Source: Gemmatimonadales bacterium (GTDB taxonomy: Bacteria; Gemmatimonadota; Gemmatimonadetes; Gemmatimonadales; GWC2-71-9). Taken from it: a stretch of 64,000 bases of DNA. Positions 8,717-18,742 of the stretch are shown here, piece after piece. The stretch lies in contig DATFEG010000070.1 of assembly GCA_035251445.1 (NCBI GenBank), positions 3,563 to 67,562 on the forward strand, in the 5' to 3' direction. A program made the position numbers and the translations under genes. The notes under the pieces are model-generated. The model had not been told where the DNA came from, did no database searches, and was given only the letters and a program-made list of their open reading frames with translations. Position 1 is the first letter of the stretch. Every line of letters starts with the position of its first letter.

Positions 8717-10656
8717 GGGGAAGCGCCTCCCCTGAGCTCGATCGCCCCCGCGCCCGACTGGACGGGCCAGAGCGGTGTCACCGAGACGCCCTGGATTGTT
8801 TCCTCAAATCCTTTTTCGCTCCGTGCCATCGTCGTGATTTCGGAACGCCAGACTTCCGCATCTGGCTGAAAACGAAGCGACCGGCTGCGGGCGAGCGACA
8901 GCTCGGGTGCGAAGATCGCATTCGCCGGCAAATCCGACGTGTCCCACTTGTAGGCGACTCCCAGACATCCGCCAGCATCGAAGGTGAGCCGTTTTTCGAG
9001 CCGGTCGTCCTGCAGGACGATTGTGAGTGAGGCAGGCTCGGTCTGCACGGTGGCACGCAAGTGCGCCGCGGCCCATGATCGCAAGGGTTTGTAATTGCCC
9101 TTCGCGTACTGCGCAGCATTTACGTCAGCACCGATGACTCGGTCAACCAGGATCGCGCGCGGCTCGGTATCCACCGGTGGCAGCGCAGTGAGCCGCGACG
9201 CCTTCTCGATGTCGTGGATGCTTTGCGTTCCGCCCGCCTGTTGGTCGTGGCCGTCCCCGTGGCCCCGGGGCAGCTCGTGATATGACTCGCGACGACGCGT
9301 GAGAACGTCCGCGAGATTCATGAGATCGTTGAAATGTGTCAGGATCTCGATTGCGCCCCCGCGGTGGGGACTTATCAAGGCCGAGAACTGCGCCGAGTGC
9401 ACCCACAGCTCGGGGTAGCCGTCGTCGTCGAAGTCGAGCTCGTCATAGGCGAGGGATTCGCCCTGGCGGAGCACACGCTCCGCGATCGCCAGCTGCCGCC
9501 AAATCGCGTTGCGTAGATGCGGGAGGTACAAACCGCCGAAGACTCCGTGCCAGTAGGCATCGTTGCATTGCGCCCGTCCGATGGCCCGCCGAGCCTCCGG
9601 CGGATCGCCGCGGCTGCGGGACAGCGTCGAGAGCGCAAGCATTGTCTTATGCATCCGGTTCGCCTCGGTGTACTTCACCAGGAAATGGTGCCAGTGTCCT
9701 CCCCGCACGAACGGTGCCGATGCCGCAAGGTGCTTGGGCCCGAGCTCTTCCTCGAGCTTCGTGAGGTCGCGCTGAGCGGCGGAGGGGAGCGACCATTTCT
9801 CCATCTCCCTGTAGGATGCCGTGCCGAGATACGCGAGTCCGGCGGATGGCACCCGGCGGAACGCCTCCTGGGCAGTGGAAAGCGTGACTTCGCCGGCGGT
9901 GGTGAGCCGTTCGATCGCCTTAAGGAAGTCGTCCAACCACCCGGAACCGTAGACCCAATCCTTGGTTCCAGGCCAGCCGCCGAACTTTTCTCCGTCGTCG
10001 GCCAGCACGGCGAGCCCGTGGCCGTGGCTCTTGAGCTGGCGCAGATACGCCGCGGTTTCGTCGGGCGGCCGGAAAGGAATCAGATACCGAAGTCGTTCAT
10101 CGATCGCGAGCAGGCCGACACGGCGGCTGTTCGACTCGGTGCGAAACGGCCGGTGCAGCTCGTCGCTGCGAAATCCGCTCACCAGGAAATGACGGTCTTC
10201 GACGAGCGCGTACTCCACCCCGGCATCCGCGAGATCTTCCGCGAGCCCGGGGTGCCACACGCGCTCTGTGAGCCAGAGCCCGGACGCCTCCACGCCAAAC
10301 CGGCGCTTCAAGTACTCGCGCATCCGGCCGATCTGCTCCAGCCGGTCGAGCCGGGGAAGCGCGGCGAGGATCGGCTCGTCGAACCCGGCGAGCAGCAGCT
10401 CGACTTTCCCATCAGCCGCCAGCCGGCCGATCATGTCGAGCCACGGGACGTCGTGCTGCTCCAGCCATTCCAACAGCGGCCCCGATACGTGTAGCGTGAG
10501 AGGAAAGAAACCGGCTGCCGTCGCGCGCTCGATGATCGGCCGGTACACGTCGCGCACGTGGTCCGCCATGACGTGATCGAAATTTCCCACAGGCTGATGC
10601 AAGTGCAGGCCAAAAACGAACCGCAGCGGAGCCTGCGGATGGGTGGGCTGTTTCAA
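8713..10656 (-). CDS. GH57-family alpha-amylase / 4-alpha-glucanotransferase-like protein
   Basis: 647 aa. FVFGLHLHQPVGNF at the N-terminus is the GH57 signature. It has 4-nt overlaps with both neighbouring genes. Confidence 0.85.
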   Translation of the reverse strand: MKQPTHPQAPLRFVFGLHLHQPVGNFDHVMADHVRDVYRPIIERATAAGFFPLTLHVSGPLLEWLEQHDVPWLDMIGRLAADGKVELLLAGFDEPILAALPRLDRLEQIGRMREYLKRRFGVEASGLWLTERVWHPGLAEDLADAGVEYALVEDRHFLVSGFRSDELHRPFRTESNSRRVGLLAIDERLRYLIPFRPPDETAAYLRQLKSHGHGLAVLADDGEKFGGWPGTKDWVYGSGWLDDFLKAIERLTTAGEVTLSTAQEAFRRVPSAGLAYLGTASYREMEKWSLPSAAQRDLTKLEEELGPKHLAASAPFVRGGHWHHFLVKYTEANRMHKTMLALSTLSRSRGDPPEARRAIGRAQCNDAYWHGVFGGLYLPHLRNAIWRQLAIAERVLRQGESLAYDELDFDDDGYPELWVHSAQFSALISPHRGGAIEILTHFNDLMNLADVLTRRRESYHELPRGHGDGHDQQAGGTQSIHDIEKASRLTALPPVDTEPRAILVDRVIGADVNAAQYAKGNYKPLRSWAAAHLRATVQTEPASLTIVLQDDRLEKRLTFDAGGCLGVAYKWDTSDLPANAIFAPELSLARSRSLRFQPDAEVWRSEITTMARSEKGFEETIQGVSVTPLWPVQSGAGAIELRGGASP

Positions 10657-12023
10657 GAGGGTGTCGGCAGCATGGTTTGGCGGAATACGTCGACCGCTGT
10701 GCCGGCCTCCGCATCATTGCTCCTGGCGTTGCCCAACTTCTCGATAAATCCGGCCTCGAGCCGCCCGCTCTCCGGACCGGCGAGGCCGATCGCATGCGCG
10801 GCATAGCGGAGGACCTGTCGTCCTTCCAGCCCGGCGAAATCATCGAAGAACCATCCGCATGACGTCATGGCGCGCAATACGCCGCGCTCCATTTCGATAA
10901 GCCGTCCCGCTTTGTCGTCACCGTTCACGGCTCCGGTGGCGCCGGCGGCATCGCGGAACGGCCAGGGACCGCCCGGCAACTGCGCGCCGTCCCGCTCGTA
11001 AATGGCATGGACCTCGCCGGCCAGCCAGTCCACAGCCGCCCGCAGCGGCGCGCGCCACTCCTGCTGCGTGTCACCGTTGATCCGGCAGCCGCAGGCCGCG
11101 CGCCACCGCTCCACGCCGTGTGCACAGCTCCACGAGGTCGGCTCGACGAGCGTGACGGCCTCGGTGGGCGGATGTGCCGCGAGCGCGGCCGCGAAGTTGC
11201 TCACCGTGACCTTGTTCGAATGCGCCGACCGGGACAGGACTGTCGCCACCGTCCTATCCGCGCCCTTGTGATGATGGCCGAACGTCTCGCCGTCCACCGC
11301 GATGCTCGCGATGCCGTCAGGTGCCGTGTGCTCGAGCACGGCGGTCCATCGGTCGGGATCTGTCTGCAGCCCGCCAAATGCGACACCGTGAGATAGTTGA
11401 CCGTTGTACGCGAACACCGCGATCGAGCGACCCCCGGTGAGCTCGACCTTGGCCGGCAGGCCGTGCGCGGGCGCTTTCGTGACCTGATGGGGAGCGAGCA
11501 CCGTGAAAGCGATCCCCTCGGCGGCAATGACCTCGAGCGTCTCGCGATCCACCGCGGTCTCAGGGAGCCAGAACCCAACGGGATCGCGACCGAAACGCTT
11601 CTGGAAGTCGCGAATACCCCATCGCACCTCCGTTGCCTTGTCTCGACGGCTCGCGAGCGGAAGTATGATGTGATGGTACGGCGTAGCGAGCGCGTTGCCA
11701 TGACCGAGGCGCTTCATGCTCGCGCGATCGGCACGGATCACGGCGCCGTGAACGTGTCGTGCTTCGCGTTCCATCCAATCGAGTAGTGTCGGCCCAAAGT
11801 CAAAGCTCATGTATTCGTAGACCGGAACGTGTACTTTCGTGCCGCCCTCGTCGATCTCGACGGAAACGAGCGGCAAGTACGTCTCCTTGGTGATCCGCAC
11901 GTTCCAGTCGTGCTCGGGGGCGGCGGAGGGTTCCGCATCGACCTGTCCTGTCCACGGGTTCTCCCGTGGCGGTTGGTAGAAGTGCCCGTGGATGACGATC
12001 AGACCGTGCTTGTGTGTAGTCAC
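10653..12023 (-). CDS. GH57 / DUF3536-family glycoside hydrolase
   Basis: 456 aa. The N-terminus is LIVIHGHFYQPPRENPW and the architecture resembles DUF3536. Confidence 0.8.
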   Translation of the reverse strand: MTTHKHGLIVIHGHFYQPPRENPWTGQVDAEPSAAPEHDWNVRITKETYLPLVSVEIDEGGTKVHVPVYEYMSFDFGPTLLDWMEREARHVHGAVIRADRASMKRLGHGNALATPYHHIILPLASRRDKATEVRWGIRDFQKRFGRDPVGFWLPETAVDRETLEVIAAEGIAFTVLAPHQVTKAPAHGLPAKVELTGGRSIAVFAYNGQLSHGVAFGGLQTDPDRWTAVLEHTAPDGIASIAVDGETFGHHHKGADRTVATVLSRSAHSNKVTVSNFAAALAAHPPTEAVTLVEPTSWSCAHGVERWRAACGCRINGDTQQEWRAPLRAAVDWLAGEVHAIYERDGAQLPGGPWPFRDAAGATGAVNGDDKAGRLIEMERGVLRAMTSCGWFFDDFAGLEGRQVLRYAAHAIGLAGPESGRLEAGFIEKLGNARSNDAEAGTAVDVFRQTMLPTPS

Positions 12024-12084
12024 GCGTTTGTCGACGCTCGGATAGTCAAGCCTTACCTTACCAGGAAGGTGCGCACCTGTGCCG

Positions 12085-13626
12085 CTACCGGCGCGCGTTC
12101 ACGCCGCGCTTTGCGGCGGTGGACCGCTTGCGAGGCCTGCGTCCGCCGGCTTCACCACGCCCCTCACCGGCCTCGGGCTCCGGGATCGCTCGGGCCGCCT
12201 GGGCGCGACGGTACACGACCGCATAGGACTCGGCGGCTTGTGCCCAGGAGAAGTCTTTCCGCATGGCGCCGCGTGCGAGCTCGGTGAACCAGTCGCGATC
12301 CTTGTAGAGAGTCACGCCCCGGTGAACGGCTTGATCGAACGCCTCCGGGCTGTACGCGTCGTAGAGGATGCCCGTGACGCCATCCTCGATCGTGTCCGCG
12401 AGCCCACCAACCCGGCGCGCGACGGGGAGGGCACCGTAGAGCTGCGCGCGCATCTGCGTAAGGCCGCACGGCTCGTACAACGAGGGCATCATGAGGAAAT
12501 CGGCGCCGGCGAGCAGCCGGTGCTCCAGCGGATCGGTGAACGCGGTGTTGATGGCGATCCGGTCGGGATAGCGCGCGGCCAGCGCGCGCAGCGCAATTTC
12601 GAATTGTGCTTCGCCGGCGCCCAAAAACAGAAACTGCGCATCGAGCTGCTGCACCGACTGCGACGCCACGATCTGATCGAGCCCCTTCTGTGCCACGAGC
12701 CGCGCGCTCATACCAAAAACCGGCACGTCGGGACGCCGCGGCAGCGCCCACTCCTCCTGCAGCGCCGCCTTGCAGCGGCGTTTGCCTGACAGATCTTCCG
12801 GCCAGAACGGCGCGGGAATATGTGGGTCGTTGCGCGGATTCCACTCCTCGACATCGATCCCATTGCGAATCCCGACCAGGCGATCGCCGAGCTGTCGGAA
12901 CGTATGCTGCAATCCGAAGCCGCCGACATCCGTCAACAGCTCGAACGCATGCGTCGGGCTCACCGTCGTGACCATGTCGGCGAAGACGAGTCCGCCTTTC
13001 AAGTAATTCAGTCGGCCGTACCACTCCATGTAGTTCGGCGACCACAGTTCGCCGGGGAGGCCGATGTCGCGCAGCACGTGAGGGGGGAAGACGCCCTGGA
13101 AACCGCCGTTGTGAACCGTCAGGACTGTGGGCAGCCGCTGCAATTCGGCCTCGTCGCGATACACGCGCCGCAAGAAGACCGGTACCAGCGAAGCGTGCCA
13201 GTCGTGCGCGTGCAGAATGAGATTGCCGTTGCCGAGGCGACGTGCGATCTCGATCGCCGCGGACGCGAACAGCGCAAACCGCCGGGCGTTGTCCGGGTAA
13301 TCGCCGTTCGCATCGCCGTAGATGCCCGGCCGATCAAACGACGCGTCGTGCTCGAGGAAGAACGTTTGGGGATAGCTCGCGTCGACCTGTCGCCAGCAGC
13401 GCACTACCTCGCGCCGGCCCGCGCTTTCGACCGTAAAGGGATCGCACATCGGCTCGAGCTGGCCGGCATGTGCGCGGGCCTCGCGATAGAGCGGTAGCAC
13501 CACGTGACTCTCCGTCCCACTGCTCGCTTGATACTTCGCGAGGCCGGCGACCGCCTGACCCAGCCCACCTGTACGAGCGTACGGCCACAGTTCGGCAGTG
13601 AGGTGGAGAACCCGGGTCTTCAACAC
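12085..13626 (-). CDS. glgA: Glycogen (starch) synthase, GT5, with a basic C-terminal extension
   Basis: 513 aa. The N-terminus is VLHLTAELWPYARTGGLGQAVAGL and it contains the PSLYEPCGLTQM motif. Confidence 0.9.
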   Translation of the reverse strand: MLKTRVLHLTAELWPYARTGGLGQAVAGLAKYQASSGTESHVVLPLYREARAHAGQLEPMCDPFTVESAGRREVVRCWRQVDASYPQTFFLEHDASFDRPGIYGDANGDYPDNARRFALFASAAIEIARRLGNGNLILHAHDWHASLVPVFLRRVYRDEAELQRLPTVLTVHNGGFQGVFPPHVLRDIGLPGELWSPNYMEWYGRLNYLKGGLVFADMVTTVSPTHAFELLTDVGGFGLQHTFRQLGDRLVGIRNGIDVEEWNPRNDPHIPAPFWPEDLSGKRRCKAALQEEWALPRRPDVPVFGMSARLVAQKGLDQIVASQSVQQLDAQFLFLGAGEAQFEIALRALAARYPDRIAINTAFTDPLEHRLLAGADFLMMPSLYEPCGLTQMRAQLYGALPVARRVGGLADTIEDGVTGILYDAYSPEAFDQAVHRGVTLYKDRDWFTELARGAMRKDFSWAQAAESYAVVYRRAQAARAIPEPEAGEGRGEAGGRRPRKRSTAAKRGVNARR

Positions 13627-13636
13627 TCCCCCTGTG

Positions 13637-15874
13637 CTACGGTGGCGGATCGTCGGGGAGCGCTTCCCCGACAGCCGCGGGAACGTAGTACCGCGTGACG
13701 TAATTCTGCAGCATCTGCCTGGTGGTGAACCGCTCGATGCTGACGGCCATCGCCGATTTCATCATATGTACCCACGCGAGGGACGCCTTTCCAGGGATTC
13801 GATCGTAAAACGTCGGAACGACTTCCTGCTCGAGGAGTCGAAACAGGTTTTCCATGTCCGACTGCTCGACGTCCGCGTCGGGCGCGGGCAGCGGAATCAC
13901 CCAGCCGTTCTCCCCGGTCGATCCCTCGGCCCACCAACCGTCCAGCGTGCTGAGCTGCGGGACGCCGTTGAGCGCCGCCTTCATTCCGCTCGTGCCGCAG
14001 GCTTCGAGGGGTACGCGTGGCAGATTGACCCACAGGTCCACGCCGGGCACCATGCGCTGCGCGAAATGCATCTCGTAATCCTCGAGGAACGCGATGCGCC
14101 CCTCGAACGAGGGATCCTGGGCGGTCATGAAGATGCGTTGCAGCACCCGCTTGCCTGGGTCGTCCGCGGGATGCGCTTTGCCGGCGAAGATGATCTGGAC
14201 GGGGCGGCGCGAATCGGTCAGCAGGCGCCGCAGCCGCTCGGGATCGCGAAACAGCAAATCGGCGCGCTTGTACGTTGCAAAACGGCGGGCAAACCCGAGG
14301 GTCAACACGTTGGGGGAGAGGAGCGCACCGGCTCCAGCCAGCTTCGCCGGGTCTTTCCAGTAATCCCGCCAACGTTGGCGCGCCTCCTCGCGGATGTAGT
14401 GCAGCAGCAGGTAGCGCAGACCTTCATGCGCAGACCACAATCGGTCGCTGTCGAGCGCCTGCACCGCGGCAACGGTCGCGGCAGAGTCGGCGCGTGATTC
14501 CCAGTCTGGACCGAGGGAGTCTGCGAGCAGATCGCGGATCGGCCGTGCCATCCAGGTCCCCAGGTGCACGCCGTTGGTGACGTGTCCGATCGGGATCTCA
14601 GCCGCCGGTTTGTTGCCCCACACCCAACGCCAGATGCGTCGCGATTCTTCGCGGTGCCGCGCCGATACGCCGTTCACGCGACCCGCGAGACGCAGCGACA
14701 GAACCGTCATCTCGTAGCGCGGATCGCTGGGCCCGCTGTTGCCCAGCGACATAAACTGGTCGCGGGTGATACCCATCGCGTTCCAGAACGGTCCTGTCAC
14801 TTGCTCGACTTGATCCGTTGTGAAAATGTCGTGGCCCGCGGGAACCGGTGTGTGGGTTGTAAACACACTCGTTGATCGGACCTGATCCTGAGCCGCATGA
14901 AGGGTGAGGCCGGTCGCGAGGAGCTCGCGGAGTCGCTCGACGTACATGAACGCGGCGTGCCCTTCATTCGCGTGCCAGATCTCCGGGTTGCTGCCGAGCG
15001 CGCGGAGCATGCGGACTCCGCCAACGCCGAGCACCCATTCCTGGCGCAATCGCCACTCGGGCGCGCCGGTGTACAATCGCGCGGTGAGCTTGCGGTCCGC
15101 GGGATCGTTGACGTCCAGGTCCGTGTCGAGCAGGTACACCGGTACGCGGCCCACCATGACGCGCCACGCGCCGATCTGCACCTCGCGGCCGGAAATCGTG
15201 AGCGACACCACATAGGGGTTGCCGTCGGGCCCCGTGACGCGGGCGACAGGATTCACGGCCGGGTCGATCGGATCGTCGGAGTCGCGTTGCCAGCCGTCGA
15301 GGCCGATCAACTGATCGAAGTACCCGCCGTGATAGTAGAGGCCGACGCCGATCAGCGGGACACCGAGATCGGACGCCTCTTTGCAGTGATCTCCGGCGAG
15401 GACGCCGAGGCCCCCGGAATAGATCGGGAGCGAGCGGTGCAGCGCGAATTCCGCGGAAAAATAGGCGATCGTGCGACCGGCCAGTTCGGGATAGCTACTC
15501 GCGAACCACGTCCCGTCGCTGGCCGAAAGCTCCTCGAAGCGCCGCATCACGGCGTCATAGCGTGCGAGAAAATCGGGATCGCGCGCGCGCTGCTCGAGCC
15601 GCTCCGGATCGACCTGCCGCAGGAACTCGACGGCGTTATGGCGTGTCCCTTCCCAGAGACGGTGGTCGATGCGGTGAAACAACTCGCGCGCATCGAGCTG
15701 CCAGCTCCACCAGAGATTCTGGGTGAGGTCGGCAAGGCGGCCGATGCGCTCGGGGAGCGGCGCGATCGGAGGCACCGGTGGCGCAGTCGTGGGACGCGCG
15801 GCAGGAGCGGGAGGCGTGCCTGGGGCGCCGGCAGCAGCGGCAGATTGTGGCATTGGGTGTGAAATATTTAACAA
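13637..15874 (-). CDS. glgP: Alpha-glucan family phosphorylase (DUF3417 N-terminus plus GT35)
   Basis: 745 aa. Motifs: NLWWSWQLDARELFHRID, SGGLGVLAGDHCKEASDLGVPLIGVGL, EACGTSGMKAALNG. The start may lie a few codons inside the track ORF. Confidence 0.9.
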   Translation of the reverse strand: MLNISHPMPQSAAAAGAPGTPPAPAARPTTAPPVPPIAPLPERIGRLADLTQNLWWSWQLDARELFHRIDHRLWEGTRHNAVEFLRQVDPERLEQRARDPDFLARYDAVMRRFEELSASDGTWFASSYPELAGRTIAYFSAEFALHRSLPIYSGGLGVLAGDHCKEASDLGVPLIGVGLYYHGGYFDQLIGLDGWQRDSDDPIDPAVNPVARVTGPDGNPYVVSLTISGREVQIGAWRVMVGRVPVYLLDTDLDVNDPADRKLTARLYTGAPEWRLRQEWVLGVGGVRMLRALGSNPEIWHANEGHAAFMYVERLRELLATGLTLHAAQDQVRSTSVFTTHTPVPAGHDIFTTDQVEQVTGPFWNAMGITRDQFMSLGNSGPSDPRYEMTVLSLRLAGRVNGVSARHREESRRIWRWVWGNKPAAEIPIGHVTNGVHLGTWMARPIRDLLADSLGPDWESRADSAATVAAVQALDSDRLWSAHEGLRYLLLHYIREEARQRWRDYWKDPAKLAGAGALLSPNVLTLGFARRFATYKRADLLFRDPERLRRLLTDSRRPVQIIFAGKAHPADDPGKRVLQRIFMTAQDPSFEGRIAFLEDYEMHFAQRMVPGVDLWVNLPRVPLEACGTSGMKAALNGVPQLSTLDGWWAEGSTGENGWVIPLPAPDADVEQSDMENLFRLLEQEVVPTFYDRIPGKASLAWVHMMKSAMAVSIERFTTRQMLQNYVTRYYVPAAVGEALPDDPPP

Positions 15875-15973
15875 ACGAACGGCCCGTACGCACGGGGTCA
15901 GTGCTTTGTAAGGCTCCGGTCAGGCGCGCAACCTTTTGTCGCCACTCGCCGTCCAAGCTGGTATCCTGGCCAA

Positions 15974-18694
15974 ATGACCGTCATCCCGAGCACGCCCGCC
16001 TGCGTCCGCGTTGCGCTGCTTCTCGCGAGTGCGCTTCCTGCTTCCTTAGTATCACAGAATATCCACTCGGTGCCCCCGCCTGAAGTCCGTGCTGTGTCCT
16101 TGCCAGGAGGAATCGATCTCGACGGCCGGCTCGCCGAGTCCATATGGCAGCTCGCGCCGGCGGCGACGGCATTCCGGCAGGCCCAGCCCAATCAGGGGGA
16201 GGCTGCGACCCAACGCACCGAGGTGCGGTTCACATTCGACGAAGCCGCCATCTACGTCGGTGCGCGCATGTACGACGATTCCGGCGCCGCCGGCGTGCGC
16301 ACGCGCCTCGCGCGACGCGATGCCGACATCAGCACCGATTACATCCAGATTATCTTCGACACCTACCACGATCATATCGGCCGTCTGTTCTTCTCGGTCA
16401 ATCCGTCCGGCGTGAAGCAGGATGCGAACGGCCTCGGTGGCGGGAGCGATCTCTCGTGGGATCCGGTCTGGGAGGTCCAGACCAACATCGATTCGCTTGG
16501 TTGGACCGCGGAGATGCGCATACCGTTTTCCCAGCTGCGCTATCCGGCGACGTCCGATGAGCAAACATGGGGTCTGCAGATCTGGCGCCAGGAAAACAGG
16601 CTGAACGAATTGTCGCAATGGGCGTGGTGGGGATTGGACGAAGCCGGTGGCCCGCCCCGCTTCGGCCATCTTCAGGGGCTGGTGATTCGTCAGGCTCCGG
16701 GCCGCGGCGAGGTCCTGCCCTATGTGCTTGGACAGGCCGCGAACGCCCCGGGCGACGCGGCTGATCCGTTCTACGATCCTAACGCCATCGACGGCCGCGT
16801 CGGCGGCGATGCGACCTTGCGGGTCACGTCGAATCTCACGTTGAACGCCACGGTCAATCCCGATTTCGGCCAGGTCGAGGTCGATCCGGCCGTCGTGAAT
16901 CTCTCGGCATACGAAACGTTTCTGCAGGAGAAGCGCCCGTTCTTCGTGGAAGGCGCCGGGTATTTCGGACTCGGTGGACTGAACTGCTACTTCTGCTCGA
17001 ATGTGTCGAGCCTCAGTATGCTCAACACCAGGCGCATCGGTCGCGCGCCGCAGATCTCGCCATGGCGTGCCGGGCTGACTATGCCCGTGGAGTACGCGGA
17101 TCCTCCACAGAACTCCACGATCGTCGGGGCAGGGAAGCTCACCGGGCGCACCCCCTCGGGCTGGTCGCTGGGTGTCCTCGAGGCCGTGACCAAGCACGAG
17201 CGCGCGCCGGTCCAGCTCGAGGATGGCACGCGCGGCACCTTTACCGTCGAGCCGCTGTCCAATTACTTCACGGCACGCGTCGCCAAGGACACACGGGGTG
17301 GCGCCACCCAGTGGCGGGCGATGGCGACGTCGCTCTATCGAAAACTCGATGACCCGTATGTGGCAAGCCGGCTGACGCGAAACGCGGAAGCCATCGGCCT
17401 GGCGACCGACAGTTGGTGGAGCAGTCGAACGTACCGATTGATGGCGCAAGTCGCCGCGACACATGTGCACGGCGACACCGCCGCGATGCGCCTGATCCGA
17501 TTCGGGTCGGCGCACTACTTCCAGCGACCCGATCGACCCGACACCGCCGACGCGCGGGCGCCGCGCACCGGAATGTCGGGACTCGGCGGCTTCGCGCGAG
17601 TCTCGAAGGAAGCTGGTCACTGGCTCTGGGAGGTCTCGACCAATTTTCGAACGCGATCATTCAACAACAACGACGTCACATTCTTTAACCGTGCCGACTA
17701 CTGGTGGATGTCCGCGAATCTCTTCCCACAGTGGACCAAGCCGAGCAGCTGGTACCGGCAGCTGTACCTGATCGGCGGCGCGCAACAGCAGTACAACTTC
17801 GACGGCGATCTCACCGACCGGCAGTATCACGCATTCGCCCAAATGCAGACACTGAGCTACTGGTGGCTGACGACGTACTGGATCCACCGGCCCGAGTTGT
17901 TCGATGACCGGCTCACCCGTGGCGGCCCGGTCGTGAGGCGGCCGGCCATCCATTACGTTTTCGCGGGCGTGAACACCGATCAGCGCAAGAAGATCGCCGC
18001 GGAATTCGGCGCGGACCGGGGCTGTAACACCGAGGGCGACTGCAACGAGTCGGTCTTCCTGCTACTGCGCTTCCAGCCGCGTCCAAACGTCGCACTCTCG
18101 TTGGGGCCGTCTGCCAACCGCCAGGAAACTGGCTTCCAATACGTCACCAGTTACGCAGATCCCACCGACGCGGTCTTCTACGGACGGCGCTACGTCTTTG
18201 CGCATTTGGACCAGCAGAATCTGTCTATGGACACGCGGTTGAACTGGACGTTCTCACCGGCCCTCACGCTCGAGCTCTTCCTGCAGCCTTTGCTCGCTTC
18301 CGGCAATTACACGCGGTACAACGTTTATGCCGCGCCGCGGTCGGCGCAGCGGCTGGAGTACGGGAAAGACTTCGGCACCGTAGAGTCGACGCCGGCCGCA
18401 GAGCCCGAGCGCGATCCCGCCTCGATCACCGTCGATGCGGATACTCTGGGCGGGGGCGCGCCGAGCAATACATTCGACGACCCGACATTCACGCTCCGCT
18501 CGCTTCGAGGGAATGCGGTGCTCCGCTGGGAATACCGGCCGGGTTCGACACTGTACGTCGTCTGGACACACACGAGCCAACTTCCCGATCTGCCGCGCGG
18601 CCAAGTCGATTTTAGCCAAGACGCGCGCGCGCTGTTTCACGGTCCGTCGGAGAACATTTTTCTCCTGAAAGTCAGTTACTGGCTGGGGTTCTAG
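15974..18694 (+). CDS. Secreted CBM9-like / DUF5916 protein
   Basis: 906 aa with a signal peptide. IDLDGRLAESIWQLAPAATAFRQAQPNQGEAATQRTEVRFTFDEAAIYVGARMYD is typical of the CBM9/DOMON-like N-terminus that precedes DUF5916. Confidence 0.75.
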   Translation: MTVIPSTPACVRVALLLASALPASLVSQNIHSVPPPEVRAVSLPGGIDLDGRLAESIWQLAPAATAFRQAQPNQGEAATQRTEVRFTFDEAAIYVGARMYDDSGAAGVRTRLARRDADISTDYIQIIFDTYHDHIGRLFFSVNPSGVKQDANGLGGGSDLSWDPVWEVQTNIDSLGWTAEMRIPFSQLRYPATSDEQTWGLQIWRQENRLNELSQWAWWGLDEAGGPPRFGHLQGLVIRQAPGRGEVLPYVLGQAANAPGDAADPFYDPNAIDGRVGGDATLRVTSNLTLNATVNPDFGQVEVDPAVVNLSAYETFLQEKRPFFVEGAGYFGLGGLNCYFCSNVSSLSMLNTRRIGRAPQISPWRAGLTMPVEYADPPQNSTIVGAGKLTGRTPSGWSLGVLEAVTKHERAPVQLEDGTRGTFTVEPLSNYFTARVAKDTRGGATQWRAMATSLYRKLDDPYVASRLTRNAEAIGLATDSWWSSRTYRLMAQVAATHVHGDTAAMRLIRFGSAHYFQRPDRPDTADARAPRTGMSGLGGFARVSKEAGHWLWEVSTNFRTRSFNNNDVTFFNRADYWWMSANLFPQWTKPSSWYRQLYLIGGAQQQYNFDGDLTDRQYHAFAQMQTLSYWWLTTYWIHRPELFDDRLTRGGPVVRRPAIHYVFAGVNTDQRKKIAAEFGADRGCNTEGDCNESVFLLLRFQPRPNVALSLGPSANRQETGFQYVTSYADPTDAVFYGRRYVFAHLDQQNLSMDTRLNWTFSPALTLELFLQPLLASGNYTRYNVYAAPRSAQRLEYGKDFGTVESTPAAEPERDPASITVDADTLGGGAPSNTFDDPTFTLRSLRGNAVLRWEYRPGSTLYVVWTHTSQLPDLPRGQVDFSQDARALFHGPSENIFLLKVSYWLGF

Positions 18695-18742
18695 GGAGCA
18701 GGGAGCAGGGAGCAGGGAGCACGGAGCAGGGAGCACGGGAGC
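18694..18742 (+). repeat. Tandem heptanucleotide array, consensus GGGAGCA: 6 good units plus 1 degenerate unit
   Basis: Read directly: GGGAGCA x4 (18694-18721), CGGAGCA, GGGAGCA, CGGGAGC. It starts on the last base of the TAG stop of the upstream gene. Confidence 0.9.

Noticed and set aside
15875-15973. A possible promoter with a TATCCT -10-like box 6 nt before the ATG of the DUF5916 gene, which would imply a leaderless mRNA
   Set aside because: There is no convincing -35 at proper spacing, and promoter consensus for this lineage is unknown to me, so this is speculation only.
16052-17620. Long antisense ORFs, for example 16052..17620 (-, 522 aa), 26905..28500 (-, 531 aa), 57396..59006 (-, 536 aa), 44737..45789 (-, 350 aa), 7655..8869 (+, 404 aa) and 14897..15862 (+, 321 aa)
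   Set aside because: All lie opposite strongly supported genes. They have R/G/A/P/H-biased, low-complexity translations and no recognisable motifs. Stop-poor antisense frames are expected in high-GC DNA.
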